Source of the DNA: Thermoproteota archaeon
Lineage (GTDB): Archaea; Asgardarchaeota; Jordiarchaeia; Jordiarchaeales; Freyrarchaeaceae
Direction of reading: 5' to 3'
Length of the DNA: 64,000 nucleotides
Assembly: GCA_029258835.1 (NCBI GenBank)
Contig: JAPDJY010000030.1
Span: 99,606 to 163,605, forward strand
Positions 30,140 to 40,849 of the stretch are shown one piece after another. The notes beneath the pieces were generated by a model that saw only the letters and a list, made by a program, of their open reading frames with translations, was not told the DNA's origin and did no database searches. Position numbers and translations under genes: made by a program. Position 1 is the stretch's first letter. Each line of letters opens with the position of its first letter.

Positions 30140-31496
30140 CTTCCCGTTGCTTGCAAGACTCCGTCCGACAGGGAGGGGATACGCAAGGGGGGTGGGCGGG
30201 TAAGATTTAAATAGCTCTAATTTAAATAGCTCTAGAAATAAAATTTTCAGGGATGTTCCCATGAGAAAGGAAGTTCGGCTAACTGTGGTAGGAAAAGTTT
30301 TCAGACCGAACAAGAAGAAGGTTTTAGCTCTGAATAAGTGCTTAGAGGAGTATTTTAAACTCGTTATGTGGTATCTTAGCTTCGACTCAACATCAAAGAC
30401 CTTTCTACACAGAAATGGCTACGAAAGAGCCAAACAGCTGTTCAAGCTAAACACAGCCCTAATACAAACAGCAAGGGATAAGGCGGTGGAAACCCTAAAA
30501 AGCTTCAATGAAAAGGAGGAAGAAGGTAAAGTTAAATCAGAAAGACCGAAGCTAAAGAGGATCTCAATCCGCTTCGACAAGCGTTGCTACTCTTTTGCTA
30601 AAACAACAAATAAACTAACACCATACTGGCTAACTCTAAGCTTGAATCGTAAAGGGAGAATATCGCTGCCCATATTCTTTGGTGAAAGACAGCAAAGGTA
30701 CATTGAAGAAGCTTTGCGAGGGGGGTGGGAATTTTGCACGGTTGAAATGGTAAGGAGAAACGAGGAGTGGTATGCCCACTTCGTGCTCAAGAAAGAGATT
30801 GAGCTGATCGATGAAACAGAAACAGTCATTGGTGTGGATTTGGGAGAGTGGAATGTTGCTACTGCTATAGCTATTTCAAGGCAAAATCCAAAGCCTACGA
30901 GAGGCAGATTCTGGAGCGGTGCAAAGATAAGAGAAATCAGAGGAAAGTACGCACACATCAGGAGAAATTTGCAGAGAAAGAAGAGACTGGACTTGGTTAA
31001 GCAGATTGGTCATAAGGAGGAGAGGATGGTAAACCAACAACTACACATAATAGCAAATGAAATCATAGCCTACGTTAAACAGTTCGAAAAACCAGTAATA
31101 GCTATGGAGAAGCTTGACGGGATTAGAGAGAACATGAATAGTTCCGTTAAGCTAAACAGAAGGTTGCATGCTTGGAGCTTTCGAAAATTACAGCAGTGTA
31201 TTGAATACAAAGCTAATTTAGAGGGAATTCCCATAGTACATGTTAATCCAAAGAATACCTCGAAAAGATGTCATAAATGCGGGCATGTTACCCAAGTCAA
31301 TGGAAGAGAATTTAGATGTCTAAAATGGGGTTTGGTCTATAATCGGGATTTGAACTCTGCAATCAACATAGCCCACTCCTTAACAAGAGGAGCGGGATGG
31401 GGGAGCTGTGAACCTCCCCGAACTCCCAGATGAAGTCCTGACGAAAAGTCAGGATGGAACGGGAGAAGCCCCGTCCGTTAGGGCGGGGTAGTTCAC
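30140..31496 (+). mobile_element. Nested IS605/IS1341-type tnpB-only element
   Basis: Inserted 3' of TTTAT with no target duplication; left- and right-end hairpins; ends in TTCAC. Excision restores HKLA-NKIV of the outer tnpB. Confidence 0.9.
30261..31433 (+). CDS. tnpB: RNA-guided endonuclease TnpB
   Basis: RuvC motifs GVDLG, AMEKL and NRDLNSA; the last zinc-finger Cys is replaced by Trp (CLKWG). Confidence 0.92.
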   Translation: MRKEVRLTVVGKVFRPNKKKVLALNKCLEEYFKLVMWYLSFDSTSKTFLHRNGYERAKQLFKLNTALIQTARDKAVETLKSFNEKEEEGKVKSERPKLKRISIRFDKRCYSFAKTTNKLTPYWLTLSLNRKGRISLPIFFGERQQRYIEEALRGGWEFCTVEMVRRNEEWYAHFVLKKEIELIDETETVIGVDLGEWNVATAIAISRQNPKPTRGRFWSGAKIREIRGKYAHIRRNLQRKKRLDLVKQIGHKEERMVNQQLHIIANEIIAYVKQFEKPVIAMEKLDGIRENMNSSVKLNRRLHAWSFRKLQQCIEYKANLEGIPIVHVNPKNTSKRCHKCGHVTQVNGREFRCLKWGLVYNRDLNSAINIAHSLTRGAGWGSCEPPRTPR

Positions 31497-32250
31497 TAGC
31501 CAGTTTATGATAAAGGTCGTTTAGCCTGTTTCTTTCTCTCTTGCCATACTTTTCGAGAAGTTCTTTTCTCCATCCACCAATCTTAAGTTTCCTCTGAATC
31601 CTTCTTCTCTTCACGAAGTAGCCAGTCCTAATTTCTCTCTCGTGAGTGATAATCTGGACAAACCCGTCAGGAAACGCTAACGTTACATTATTCTCATTCA
31701 AATCTACTCCAACAAAGTTTCTTGGCTCTCTTGTCTCCACCTCTCTTGAGAAAACAACATTAACAAAAATGCCTTTAGGCGTTTCGACGAGCCAAGCCTG
31801 CCCAACCCTCCACTCTCTGAATTTCTCATGATATTTGGCTGGATAGAACCTTAGGGCAACTCTCCCGTTTGGGGTTGAGATCTTGATTATCCTCTTCTCC
31901 AAGTCGAGTTTGAACAAGTGGTCATCGAGCATTATTACGTGCTTTTTAAACAACGGTTTATCGGTCCCAAGCTTTCCTTTTCTCCTAAGTTTTTTGAAGG
32001 ATTTGTAGATAGAGCAAGCCATCTGACAAGCTGTGTAGATGTAATGAGATGGTAGCTTAGGATATCTCTGCCTTAACTCGTAATATTTTTCAGATCTCAA
32101 CTTCTTGAAAGACGTGATCCCCTTAGAGTGAGCGTAGCCTAACAACTCATTAACTATCGATCTGTAAGTTTCAAACAGGCTTTCATCCATACATTCATCG
32201 AGCTTGAACCTTGCAGTTAGTTTAACGGTCTCTAATTGCTTGCTTGACAC
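31497..32250 (-). pseudogene. tnpB: Outer tnpB, 5' part
   Basis: VGVDLNE; homology breaks at HKLA exactly at the insertion point. Confidence 0.85.
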
Positions 32251-32830
32251 TCTCCACCACCTTCCTCTTTCTGCGACTCCTCATTCCGTATAATCTACCA
32301 GCGAAAGATGTTACGATGGCAATCAAGTCTTCAATTAGTTCCTGTTGTAAATCTTTGGGTTCTCCGCCAAAAACAACCTCAACTCTAACTCCATGTGAGT
32401 TTAAAGAGCTCTTCTAAATACCTGAACCCAAATCTCGTGAGCCTATCCTTGCAGCTGATCACCACAACATCAACCTTTCTGTTTACAACATACTCAAACA
32501 GCTTTTTCACACCTCTGCGGTTCTCATTTAATCCAGAGGCTACATCCGTTAAGATGTCGATCACGTTGTATCCCTTGGCCGAGCAGTATCCTTTCAGGTA
32601 TTCAATTTGCCTTTCTAAGTCGTTCTTCTGGTCTGACGACGAAACTCTAGCATAAATAACTGCAATGTTAACCCCCCTTTCCCTTGAGCAACCTCTTCAC
32701 TTCAACCTCAGGAACCCTGTACTCCTACCAACTCTTACAGCTCTAATCTTACCTTCTTGATCCATCTAATTATCGTAACCTTATTCACTCCGAGCATCTC
32801 TGCAGCTTTACCAGTCCTATACAACTTCAT
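32222..32830 (-). pseudogene. tnpA: IS607 serine-recombinase transposase TnpA, frameshifted
   Basis: MKLYRTGKAAEMLGV HTH, IYARVSS and TSFAGRLYGMRS lie in different frames. Confidence 0.85.
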
Positions 32831-32988
32831 GCCATTCCACAAAAATGCAACAAAAACATTTAAATGTTACAGATACAACATTACATGCTTCTGCCCCATG
32901 CTACTCCCTCGCTACATGACCAGCCCCCTTAAGCTGGCGGGAACGGTTGTTGCCGTACGAGCCAACCTTCTCGTTTTCGCGCTTGCCG

Positions 32989-34044
32989 CTAGTCCTCTAG
33001 GTGATCGTAGAATTCAACTGGCCTGAGCTCTTTAAACGTTCCCTTCTCCACTAAGTGCCTTCTCACGTCCACGCATAAGTGGCACTTGGAAACGTATCCC
33101 TCCTCGTCCTCCCTGTAGCCATGCTCCCTTCCAAGCTCGTAGAGCCTCCTTAAATCCGTCAGCAAAGCCTTAAGCACCTTCATCCCCTTCAGGTTGATCC
33201 CCCTGCAGACCTCGTCGAGCCTCCGCGCGTCGCCCAGAGAGAGCCCGGCGCAGTACCCTGGAACGTAATTGCAGTAGTTGTCCACGTGGATGTGCCATTC
33301 TCTCAGGAGCTCCCCCCTACAGGACATCCCAAAGAAGCTCCTTGCAGGATGCCTCCTGTAAAGGTAGCCAAGCTTGTACGGCATCCTTCCAGCTGGAATG
33401 AGCTCAGCACGTTTCAAACTGTAACCCGCCACCCTTAGGAAGTCCTCAAACCTCATGGTTCCCTTCAACCTCATCCTTCTGAACAGGTCAAAGAAGACCT
33501 TCTGGTAGACTATCACGTTCCCGCCGAACACCTCCAACCCAACTCTGACCGCTCTCTCTATCCTTTCAAACGGAACTTTCTCGACTATGAACGGGTTAAC
33601 GCTCACGAGGATCCCGCTCAGCCCCGCCTCCTTCAGCTCCTCCAGCCTCTCCCTAACCACGTCGTCGCTCCTACACCAAAAGCAGTTCGTCTCCACGAAC
33701 GTCGAGGGAAGCCTGACCTCGCCCGCCGCCTCGACAAGCCTGAAAAGAAGGTCAAACCTTAGGAAGGGCTCGCCGCCCGTAAAGTGGAAGCCATAGTTAA
33801 TTCCGATCACCCCGGGGTGAGCGTACCGCCCCCTAGCTTTATCGGCAAGATGGGAAAGAACCCTCCGAGCATCCTCCTCCCCGATCCAGTCCCCCCTCCA
33901 CTTGGGGGAGCAAGCATACATGCAATGCCTGCAGCTAACGTTACACTTGTACGAAAGAAGTAATCCTCCCGAGAACGGCTCGGGAACCATGAGCTCAGCC
34001 ACGGCTGAGCTCCTCCTCAAGCCTCCTCGCAAACTCCGCGTCAA
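32989..34044 (-). CDS. Radical SAM protein
   Basis: CNVSCRHC and TGGEP motifs; C-terminal SKCHLC. Probable start at MVPEP. Confidence 0.85.
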   Translation of the reverse strand: MTRSLRGGLRRSSAVAELMVPEPFSGGLLLSYKCNVSCRHCMYACSPKWRGDWIGEEDARRVLSHLADKARGRYAHPGVIGINYGFHFTGGEPFLRFDLLFRLVEAAGEVRLPSTFVETNCFWCRSDDVVRERLEELKEAGLSGILVSVNPFIVEKVPFERIERAVRVGLEVFGGNVIVYQKVFFDLFRRMRLKGTMRFEDFLRVAGYSLKRAELIPAGRMPYKLGYLYRRHPARSFFGMSCRGELLREWHIHVDNYCNYVPGYCAGLSLGDARRLDEVCRGINLKGMKVLKALLTDLRRLYELGREHGYREDEEGYVSKCHLCVDVRRHLVEKGTFKELRPVEFYDHLED

Positions 34045-34855
34045 CGAAAGCCCTCAGCCGCATAACAGTAGTATCGTACATGTCCACCACCTCCTCTTCA
34101 AGGGTTTCAGGGTAATTGGCTTTAGGGTCTATCTCGTCCAGCATCGCGATCAGGATGCGCCTCTCCTCCTCAGGCATAACCCTGGGATCCGTCATGGCCG
34201 CAGCCCTAGCGTAGACGCCCTCGTCCAGAAGGTACCTGAGAGCTTTAAAGGGAAGCTCGTAATACTTCCCCGCAGCCCCAGTCCTCGACGTGAACCCTTC
34301 AGGGGTGGCTGCCTTGAAGGAAACCCTGACGTATATGAAGTCCGAGAACTCGGCGAGCCTCCTCACGTAGTCCCTGTCAGCCCCTAAAAGGATCCCGTTC
34401 GTCTCCAAGTAAAACGGGTAGCCAGCCCCCTCAACCTCGCCCAGCAGGCCTAGGAGGTGCTCCTTTCCGAGGGTGGGCTCACACCCTGAAACCCTAAGCT
34501 TCCTAACCTTAAGATGCCTAAACCTCTCCCAACCCGGGGAAGTGATCCCCTCCCTAGCAGCTTCAACGAGCTTCATAGCAGCCTTCCTTGGAGAGTAAAA
34601 CTCCCCAAACTTCTCCGGGAAATCCCTAGACCAGTTACTCCAGCAATAAATGCAACGCAGGCAGCACCCGACAGCGTACCCTGTGGCGATCCCCCTATAA
34701 ACAGGGGCGGAGTAGAAGCTAACATACTTCCTCTCAACTCCCTCCTCCCCCACCCGGGTCACTATCCTCTCTGTTTCCCTGGCAAGCTCTAACGGGTCGA
34801 AAGGCTTAAAGCCCCGTGTCAGAAAACGCTGGTAACCCCCCGACAGCACCTCCAC
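33995..34855 (-). CDS. Radical SAM protein (activase-like)
   Basis: CCLRCIYC, SGCEP and LETNG motifs. Confidence 0.85.
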   Translation of the reverse strand: MEVLSGGYQRFLTRGFKPFDPLELARETERIVTRVGEEGVERKYVSFYSAPVYRGIATGYAVGCCLRCIYCWSNWSRDFPEKFGEFYSPRKAAMKLVEAAREGITSPGWERFRHLKVRKLRVSGCEPTLGKEHLLGLLGEVEGAGYPFYLETNGILLGADRDYVRRLAEFSDFIYVRVSFKAATPEGFTSRTGAAGKYYELPFKALRYLLDEGVYARAAAMTDPRVMPEEERRILIAMLDEIDPKANYPETLEEEVVDMYDTTVMRLRAFVDAEFARRLEEELSRG

Positions 34856-35020
34856 CCCGCACGTCGCCGGCGAAAAACCTCCCTTTGACCTAAGTGTGCG
34901 TCAGCCACATGAACTGGTTAAGTGGACATCACCCTTTAAAAGTTAACGTAGGAAGCTAACTCCGCGTGCATTAGCTAGTCCATCAATCGCCGCTGGCCCA
35001 TTAAAGTTACGCCGACGAAG

Positions 35021-35974
35021 CTAAAACGCCGGCCTTCCCGTCAGCCTCTCCATTAGCATCTCCTTAAAAGCTTCATAGTCCGCATTCCAGCAGACGCCGA
35101 CCTCGCACCCCTCCTCGCTGAGAGCTAACCTCAGCTCCCCCCTTTCCACGTAAGCCTTAACCCTAACCTTCTCGATCTCGAAGATGCGCCTGTTGACGGC
35201 CACCGCGACCGTCAGCGGGTCGTGCATCCACAACCTCACCCTTTCAGGCGGCATCCCCGCCGCACGGCTCATCTCGCCTAAACGCTTAAGCCAGAGCCTG
35301 CTAGCCCTGAGCAGGGTTCGCGTCAAGGGCGTGTCAGCCTCCCTAAGCATCGAAAGCTCAGCCTCCCCAAGGGCGTTCTCAGCCCTCATCGTAGTGTTTA
35401 GAGGCACAAGCGTAATATTAGCCCCCGACTCGAGAACGGTGATCGTAGCCTCCGGGTCGCAGTTGACATTATACTCCGTTCGGATCGGCAACTCCCTGCC
35501 ATCCACCACCACCGGCCCCAAGACCCCTCCCATGATTATAACCTCCTCAACCCTTTCAGCCACCTCCATCCCGCCACGCAGAGCCACGGCCACGTTCGTC
35601 AGCGGCCCTATAGTGACAAGCGTCACCCCAGAAAGACACTTGGAAGCCAGAAACCGTATAGCACCGGTCGAAGCAGCGGCACCCGTCGAAGCAGCGGCAC
35701 GCTCCTCTTCCTCCAGTATCCCCTCCCCCTCAAAGCCGAACATGGGCGCCCTCCTGCCATCCGAAATCGGCTCCCCTAGCCCGGCCATAACGGGTATGTC
35801 CCCCCTCCCGGCAAGCGTCAAAACCCTGCGGGCAACCATCGCCCTGAGGACGGTGTCACCGCAGACGGTTGTAACCCCCTCAACAGAGATCTCAGGAGAC
35901 CTCGCAGCAAAAGCCAAAGCGTAGGCGTCGTCCACGTCGAAGCCGACGTCGGTGTCTATCACAACCCTCCTCAA
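35021..35974 (-). CDS. Inosine/uridine-preferring nucleoside hydrolase
   Basis: DTDVGFDVDD, GPLTN, EYN..CDPEA and HDP motifs. Confidence 0.93.
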   Translation of the reverse strand: MRRVVIDTDVGFDVDDAYALAFAARSPEISVEGVTTVCGDTVLRAMVARRVLTLAGRGDIPVMAGLGEPISDGRRAPMFGFEGEGILEEEERAAASTGAAASTGAIRFLASKCLSGVTLVTIGPLTNVAVALRGGMEVAERVEEVIIMGGVLGPVVVDGRELPIRTEYNVNCDPEATITVLESGANITLVPLNTTMRAENALGEAELSMLREADTPLTRTLLRASRLWLKRLGEMSRAAGMPPERVRLWMHDPLTVAVAVNRRIFEIEKVRVKAYVERGELRLALSEEGCEVGVCWNADYEAFKEMLMERLTGRPAF

Positions 35975-36198
35975 CGTTCCACCCCTTCACAGGCAACCTA
36001 CACTCACCCTCCCGCCTAACAATAATTAATGTTTCGTGGGAGCATCCGCACGAGCGAAGCCTCCTGATCAAACCCAACAGCCTTTATGGGAGGAACGCCT
36101 TCAACCCTAAGGAGAGATCACCGAGGCCGCCACCCACCCCCTCATTTGGAGAGGGATCAGCTACCCTTCCAAAAAGCCACTAAAAACCCGGTAAAACT

Positions 36199-36338
36199 TT
36201 TACACGTGTAAACCATACAGCCCACGCAGGCAAATTATAAGCAAATATTTACACGTTCATGAAAACCCGCGCTCTGACGCTCATTGCAGTTAAACTTGCA
36301 CGTGTAGGCTGGGGAGATGGCGCGACTTACACGTGTAA
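36199..36338. promoter_or_regulatory. Cluster of TTACACGTGTAA palindromes
   Basis: Perfect copies at 36199-36212 and 36327-36338; degenerate copies at ~36248 and ~36296. Confidence 0.55.
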
Positions 36339-36441
36339 AGAACTTTCTGCAGCTTCTCGCCATCAACTCTTAAGGCAATACCCCTCAACACCCCCACCAT
36401 CCACCCACCGCCAGAGCCCGTTAACACGGTCAAAACCCTAT

Positions 36442-36741
36442 TCACGCCTTCAGCCTTCTTCTAATCTCCCTTAGTGCCTCGTCGATGGTTAACCCGCTCA
36501 GCTCCTTAGCCACCTCGTAGTGCTCTCCACAGAACCACTCAGCGTACGGGGGATGCCCAACCCTACCCTCCTCCTTCATCGTCCTGTCCCACTCGTAGTC
36601 GCTCGGCCGCTTCCTAAAGTAAACTAGTCCACCCTCCCTCCTGTTATTGAACCTCCTGTTACATATGCAGCACACAGGCGGCCTCACACCATACCCTCCT
36701 ATGATTCCAGCACGGCACTCATCCAAAATATCATTTCTCAT
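36442..36741 (-). CDS. Small hypothetical Cys/His zinc-binding protein
   Basis: PPVCCIC...GHPP...WFCGEH. Confidence 0.65.
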   Translation of the reverse strand: MRNDILDECRAGIIGGYGVRPPVCCICNRRFNNRREGGLVYFRKRPSDYEWDRTMKEEGRVGHPPYAEWFCGEHYEVAKELSGLTIDEALREIRRRLKA

Positions 36742-37205
36742 ATAATCCTCCGCCTTAAACCTTCACGTTGCAAGCTTCTCGCAGCCCAACACACGTCTCA
36801 GCGTGCCCCCTGCCCTCCGTAAGCCTCCGGGACAACCCTGAAGCATCCTGTGCCCATTCAACCTCCATTCCACACCCCAACTCGGCGCCTTCCAAAACAT
36901 CACACGCCAGCTCGTAAACTATGACCTACCCCCCAGAACTCCCTTGGAAACGTGCCTGAGGCCGTTCGCCCACACCCTTCGGGCGCTTGACCCAAGCGCG
37001 ACCAGCACGGCCCTACCCTACACAACATTCAACGTTAAGATCAATAAGGTTCCTTCAGCCCCCTCTACGGCGAAATACGCGTCAAAACACGGCCTCCTTA
37101 GCTGAAAGACATCTACGTGTCATCCGCCGCCAAGATACCCCTTCCGTCCCTACCACTCTCGCCGCCACCCGCCGCGAAGCGGAAGCACCCCGGGCTGCAG
37201 CCACG

Positions 37206-37937
37206 CTACCCATCCCCACGCTCCCCGCCCAGGTGGGGTCCGTGCGCGGCGAAGAGCCCCCCAGCCTCCCGTAGAAGCCTCACAACGTCCTCATCCGTCA
37301 AGTCATACCACTTCCTGTAGGCGTCCGCCACCGCGAAGACGGGGCCAGACCTCACGTTCAAGCAGAAAACCCTGTCAGCGTGCGGCCTCACGAGGCTTAT
37401 AGCCCCTGACGAGGCGGTCGGGACGGCCACGACGACCTCCCCGACACCACATCCTCTCACCTCCCTCACCGTTGCAAGCATCGAAAACCCCGAAGCCATC
37501 CCGTCATCCACCACGATCACAACCCTACCCTCAAGATCCAAGGGGGGCACATCCCCCCTGAAGGCCCTCAGCCTCCTCTCAATAGCCTCCCTCTCCTCCT
37601 CGACGCACCTCTCCACCTCCTCCCATGTCAGCCCAAGGGCGTCAAGCAGAGGCCGGTTAATGAGCACGCTACCCCTCCAGGTCACCGCCCCAAACCCAGC
37701 CTCCCTATTCCACGGAATATGGATCTTCCTGGTAACAGCCAGGTCAAACCTGACACCAAGCCTCCTGCAGAGGGGGACAGCAACCTCCACCCCGCCGGCA
37801 GGAATGGCGAGAACCAGGCACCCCTCACACCCACGGTACTCCTCGAGCATCCCGGCAAGCAGCACCCCGGCATGAGAACGATCCTCGAAAACGTGGAACC
37901 TCTCCCTGAAAGCCGGCTCATCAACAACCACACCCAC
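37206..37937 (-). CDS. Type I phosphoribosyltransferase
   Basis: FEDRSHAG and VIVVDDGMASG PRPP-binding motif; GTG start at 37937 with a GGTGG ribosome-binding site. Confidence 0.88.
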   Translation of the reverse strand: MGVVVDEPAFRERFHVFEDRSHAGVLLAGMLEEYRGCEGCLVLAIPAGGVEVAVPLCRRLGVRFDLAVTRKIHIPWNREAGFGAVTWRGSVLINRPLLDALGLTWEEVERCVEEEREAIERRLRAFRGDVPPLDLEGRVVIVVDDGMASGFSMLATVREVRGCGVGEVVVAVPTASSGAISLVRPHADRVFCLNVRSGPVFAVADAYRKWYDLTDEDVVRLLREAGGLFAAHGPHLGGERGDG

Positions 37938-38297
37938 AGCAACCACCAAGAAAACAAGCAAGACAGGCAAAATAAACCCATCCATCGCCATCCACACGAA
38001 ACCCTCCAAAGAAGACAGCAAAGCCGAATCACCCTCCAACCCTGGAAAGAGAAGGGGGCTGCACACGTAACACGTACAACCCCGCCGCCCGGAGGAACCA
38101 GGAATCCCCGCTTAAAGCAGCCACACCCCTCTTGCATCCTCGTTTTAAGGGCGGACTTGGCTGATGCTAGCTGCGCATGCAGGGTTAAGGGGCTGACGGC
38201 TTAGCAGCCTGCCCCGATCCTATAAAGGTTAACCCCCTCCCGGGCGGGTACGAAGCGGAGAACCGTGAAGGTGGAGGAGCCGCCGCCACGCCTGCTC

Positions 38298-38771
38298 CTA
38301 CCCTTCAAGGCTTGCTTGCAGCTGCCGCAGGAACTCCTCGGGTTTAAGGATCTTAACCTTGTGCTCGAAGATGGAGGCCTCCTTGGTTTCCTCGTCCCTG
38401 ACGTCCAAGAGGTCTTTGTCGAGGGTTACGATGCAGTCGGCTTTCGCCTCGTACGCGACCTCAAGGAACTTGTCGTCCTCCGGATCCCTGCAGAGGGCGA
38501 CGCGCCTCTTCGGGTCGACGAGAGTCACCGAGCTGTTCACGAGAACGTAAGTCAGCGCCGCCACCTCACCCCTCCCCCTGAGAAGCCTCGCAACCCTCTC
38601 GCTGAAGAGAACCCTGTAAAGCTCGTCGAGCACCTCCCTCGAGGAGTAAGCCTGGAAAACCCCGGCGTACATCGCCCTCATCACCCTCGCCGGCGCAGCC
38701 TCGGGGTCGCCTAGGACGGATGAGAGGATAACGCTCGTGTCAACCACTACCCTTCTCTCCGCCGCGCTCAT
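38298..38771 (-). CDS. PIN-domain putative toxin
   Basis: VVVDTSV, CRDPEDDKFLE and IVTLDKDLL motifs. Confidence 0.9.
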   Translation of the reverse strand: MSAAERRVVVDTSVILSSVLGDPEAAPARVMRAMYAGVFQAYSSREVLDELYRVLFSERVARLLRGRGEVAALTYVLVNSSVTLVDPKRRVALCRDPEDDKFLEVAYEAKADCIVTLDKDLLDVRDEETKEASIFEHKVKILKPEEFLRQLQASLEG

Positions 38772-39045
38772 CCCTCAACACTCTGAGAACTTCTCCCTCG
38801 GAGAGGCGTGGGCTTACCTCCCTCAGCAGCTCAAAGTACCTGTCAACCAGCTCCGGAGCCACCTCAATCCTAACGCTCGAAAGATACCTTCTCAACGCCT
38901 CATAGATCGCGTAGTTGACGAAGTCACTCCTATCCTTGAAGAGTCCAAGGTCCACCAGGAGGCCGATCGCCCTAACCACGCTTTCAGGAGCCCTCACGCT
39001 GACGTGCACCGTGCGCCTGCCAGCAAGCCCCCCCTTAACCATCCC
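38740..39045 (-). CDS. Ribbon-helix-helix antitoxin
   Basis: VSVRAP...GLFKDRSDFVNYAI; overlaps the PIN gene; start uncertain. Confidence 0.75.
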   Translation of the reverse strand, partial: GMVKGGLAGRRTVHVSVRAPESVVRAIGLLVDLGLFKDRSDFVNYAIYEALRRYLSSVRIEVAPELVDRYFELLREVSPRLSEGEVLRVLRDERGGEKGSG

Positions 39046-39837
39046 GGATACCATTACAATCCCCGTATTACAAATGTAACACAAGAATAAAAGAGTTTCC
39101 ACCCGGAACACCGCCGCAAAAACCGTAGACCCCTAGGCAAGCACCCCAACACGCAACCCACAAAACCCTACCCTACACACCCATCACACCCACGAAAAAC
39201 ATCATCAAACAACTAAACGTTAAACCCCGGAAACAGGGACGGCAACGCAGCCGTCAACCATCAGCAGCCAGCCGAAGCCGCCAGCCAAGGTAAACACCCT
39301 CCTCGCCTCGCCCTCCTCCACCCCTCAGCTAACCCATCCTCCAACGCATTAAAATTCATTAGGCCTTCCCCGAGAACCCCGGAACCCTCTTCCTCTCAGC
39401 TAACCCCCCTTAAAGGCTTAAACAGCGCCAACCTCACCACGCAGCCCCTCGCCACCAGCCACCTCTTCAGCGATAACACACCCTGAGCGAAGCCGCAAGC
39501 AATCACCGCAGCCCTCCGCCGCCAGCACGCCGCCACACGCAGCCTCCCTCACACAGTCCACCTCAACGCTGCCTACAGGGGCGTGGAAAACAAAACTTAT
39601 GACGGCACTCCTCTGGGTGGATGACTTAGATTCCCACTGCCACGCCGCCTACAGGAGAGTGGAAAAGCTTATGGTGGCGCCCACCCTCCTAAGCCGCCGC
39701 AAAAGGATCCACGTCCACGTGCACGCTGAAGCTCCTCTGCAAGCGGCTGAACCGTAACGCTACAACCCCAAAACCAAAGGCCCTCAACCCGTCCCGAAGG
39801 ACCCCCCGTAAGCCGATGCCTTCCACCTCAAACCGGG

Positions 39838-40275
39838 TTAAACCTTCACGTTGAAAAACTCCTCAATAAGCCTCACACACGCCTCAACATGCCTCTTTGC
39901 TCTCTCGTAAGCCTCCGGGGCGTAATCCCTAAAGTACTCGGCGTCCACACCAACTTCATACCATACCCCGCCAGCCCCCTCAGCTCGGAAGCTCCGAAAC
40001 GTTACCCGCCACCCCGTCAACCATATACTTAAACCATCCGGGAACCCCTTTCACCCCGGGAACCATCCTGAGAGCAGCGCTCACATCATGCCCCCTCGGG
40101 TACCCGACTCCAAGCGCCAGCAGGACAGCCTTAGAAGCTTGCTCAACAGCCGTCTGCGACGAGTAAACCACGTCATCCCACCTGCCATCCTCCAAAGCCC
40201 TAAACGCACCCTAAGCCACCTGCAACCCCTCCTCAAGGCGGAAACGGCGACGTCAACGCTCGTAACACCGCTCAA
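39838..40275 (-). pseudogene. HEPN-domain protein, frameshifted
   Basis: AVEQASKAVL and PRGHDV motifs spread over three frames. Confidence 0.75.
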
Positions 40276-40810
40276 AACCTCACAACCTCCCCCGCCCTCG
40301 CCTCCCCGAAAACCCAGTACCGCTCACCACTAGGAAGAGTAACCCTCCTCGCCCCCATCCTCAGCATCCTCTCCCTAAGCGAGCCAAGCACCCCCTCCAG
40401 GAAGCCCCCCTATCATACAGGATCACCCCATCAAGCAAAGCATCAAGATACACCATGTTAAACCTCCCAGCCTCCTCCACGCTCAAAGGATAATTCTGGA
40501 CAACAGGCCAGAACCCACGCCGCAAAGCCTCCCCATACTCCACCGACCTCTCAAGCAACTCCTTCACCCTCCCAAGCTCCCTCACCCTCTCCCACACCGG
40601 AACACCCTCCCACCCCTCAACAACAACCACAAAATCAATATCACTATCCCTACCCCAATCCCCCCTGGCAACAGACCCAAACAGCATAACACTCACCAAC
40701 CCCCCAAACACCTCCCAAAGCAACTCACAATACCTCCTAACCACCGGAGCATAAACACCATGAGGTATCCTATCAACATTCCTAACCTCAAAACCACAAC
40801 GCAAAACCCA
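40272..40810 (-). pseudogene. Minimal nucleotidyltransferase (MNT) with one frameshift in a G run
   Basis: LFGSVARGD...SDID motif. Adding one G near 40405 restores DRGGFLE...RYWVF. Confidence 0.8.
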
Positions 40811-40849
40811 CCACCCCCAAAAGCAAGCCAGAAACCCTAACACCCCTAC

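Larger units (their letters stand above)
29703..32890 (-). mobile_element. IS607-family element (tnpA + tnpB), interrupted; ends approximate
   Basis: Serine-recombinase tnpA remnant followed by an overlapping tnpB split into two pieces. Confidence 0.85.

Noticed and set aside
30205-30234. 15-bp tandem duplication ATTTAAATAGCTCTA in the tnpB promoter
   Set aside because: Likely simple slippage; no evidence of function.
35660-35700. 18-bp in-frame duplication (AAASTG twice) in the nucleoside hydrolase
   Set aside because: Probably a neutral loop duplication.
35184-35924. Long antisense ORFs (this one and many similar)
   Set aside because: Shadows of well-supported genes on the opposite strand.
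36030-36121. Possible decayed IS605 right end finishing in TCAC
   Set aside because: The hairpin is too degenerate to support a call.
39420-39830. Cys-containing gene-like remnant and a short imperfect direct repeat
   Set aside because: No coherent ORF or recognisable family.
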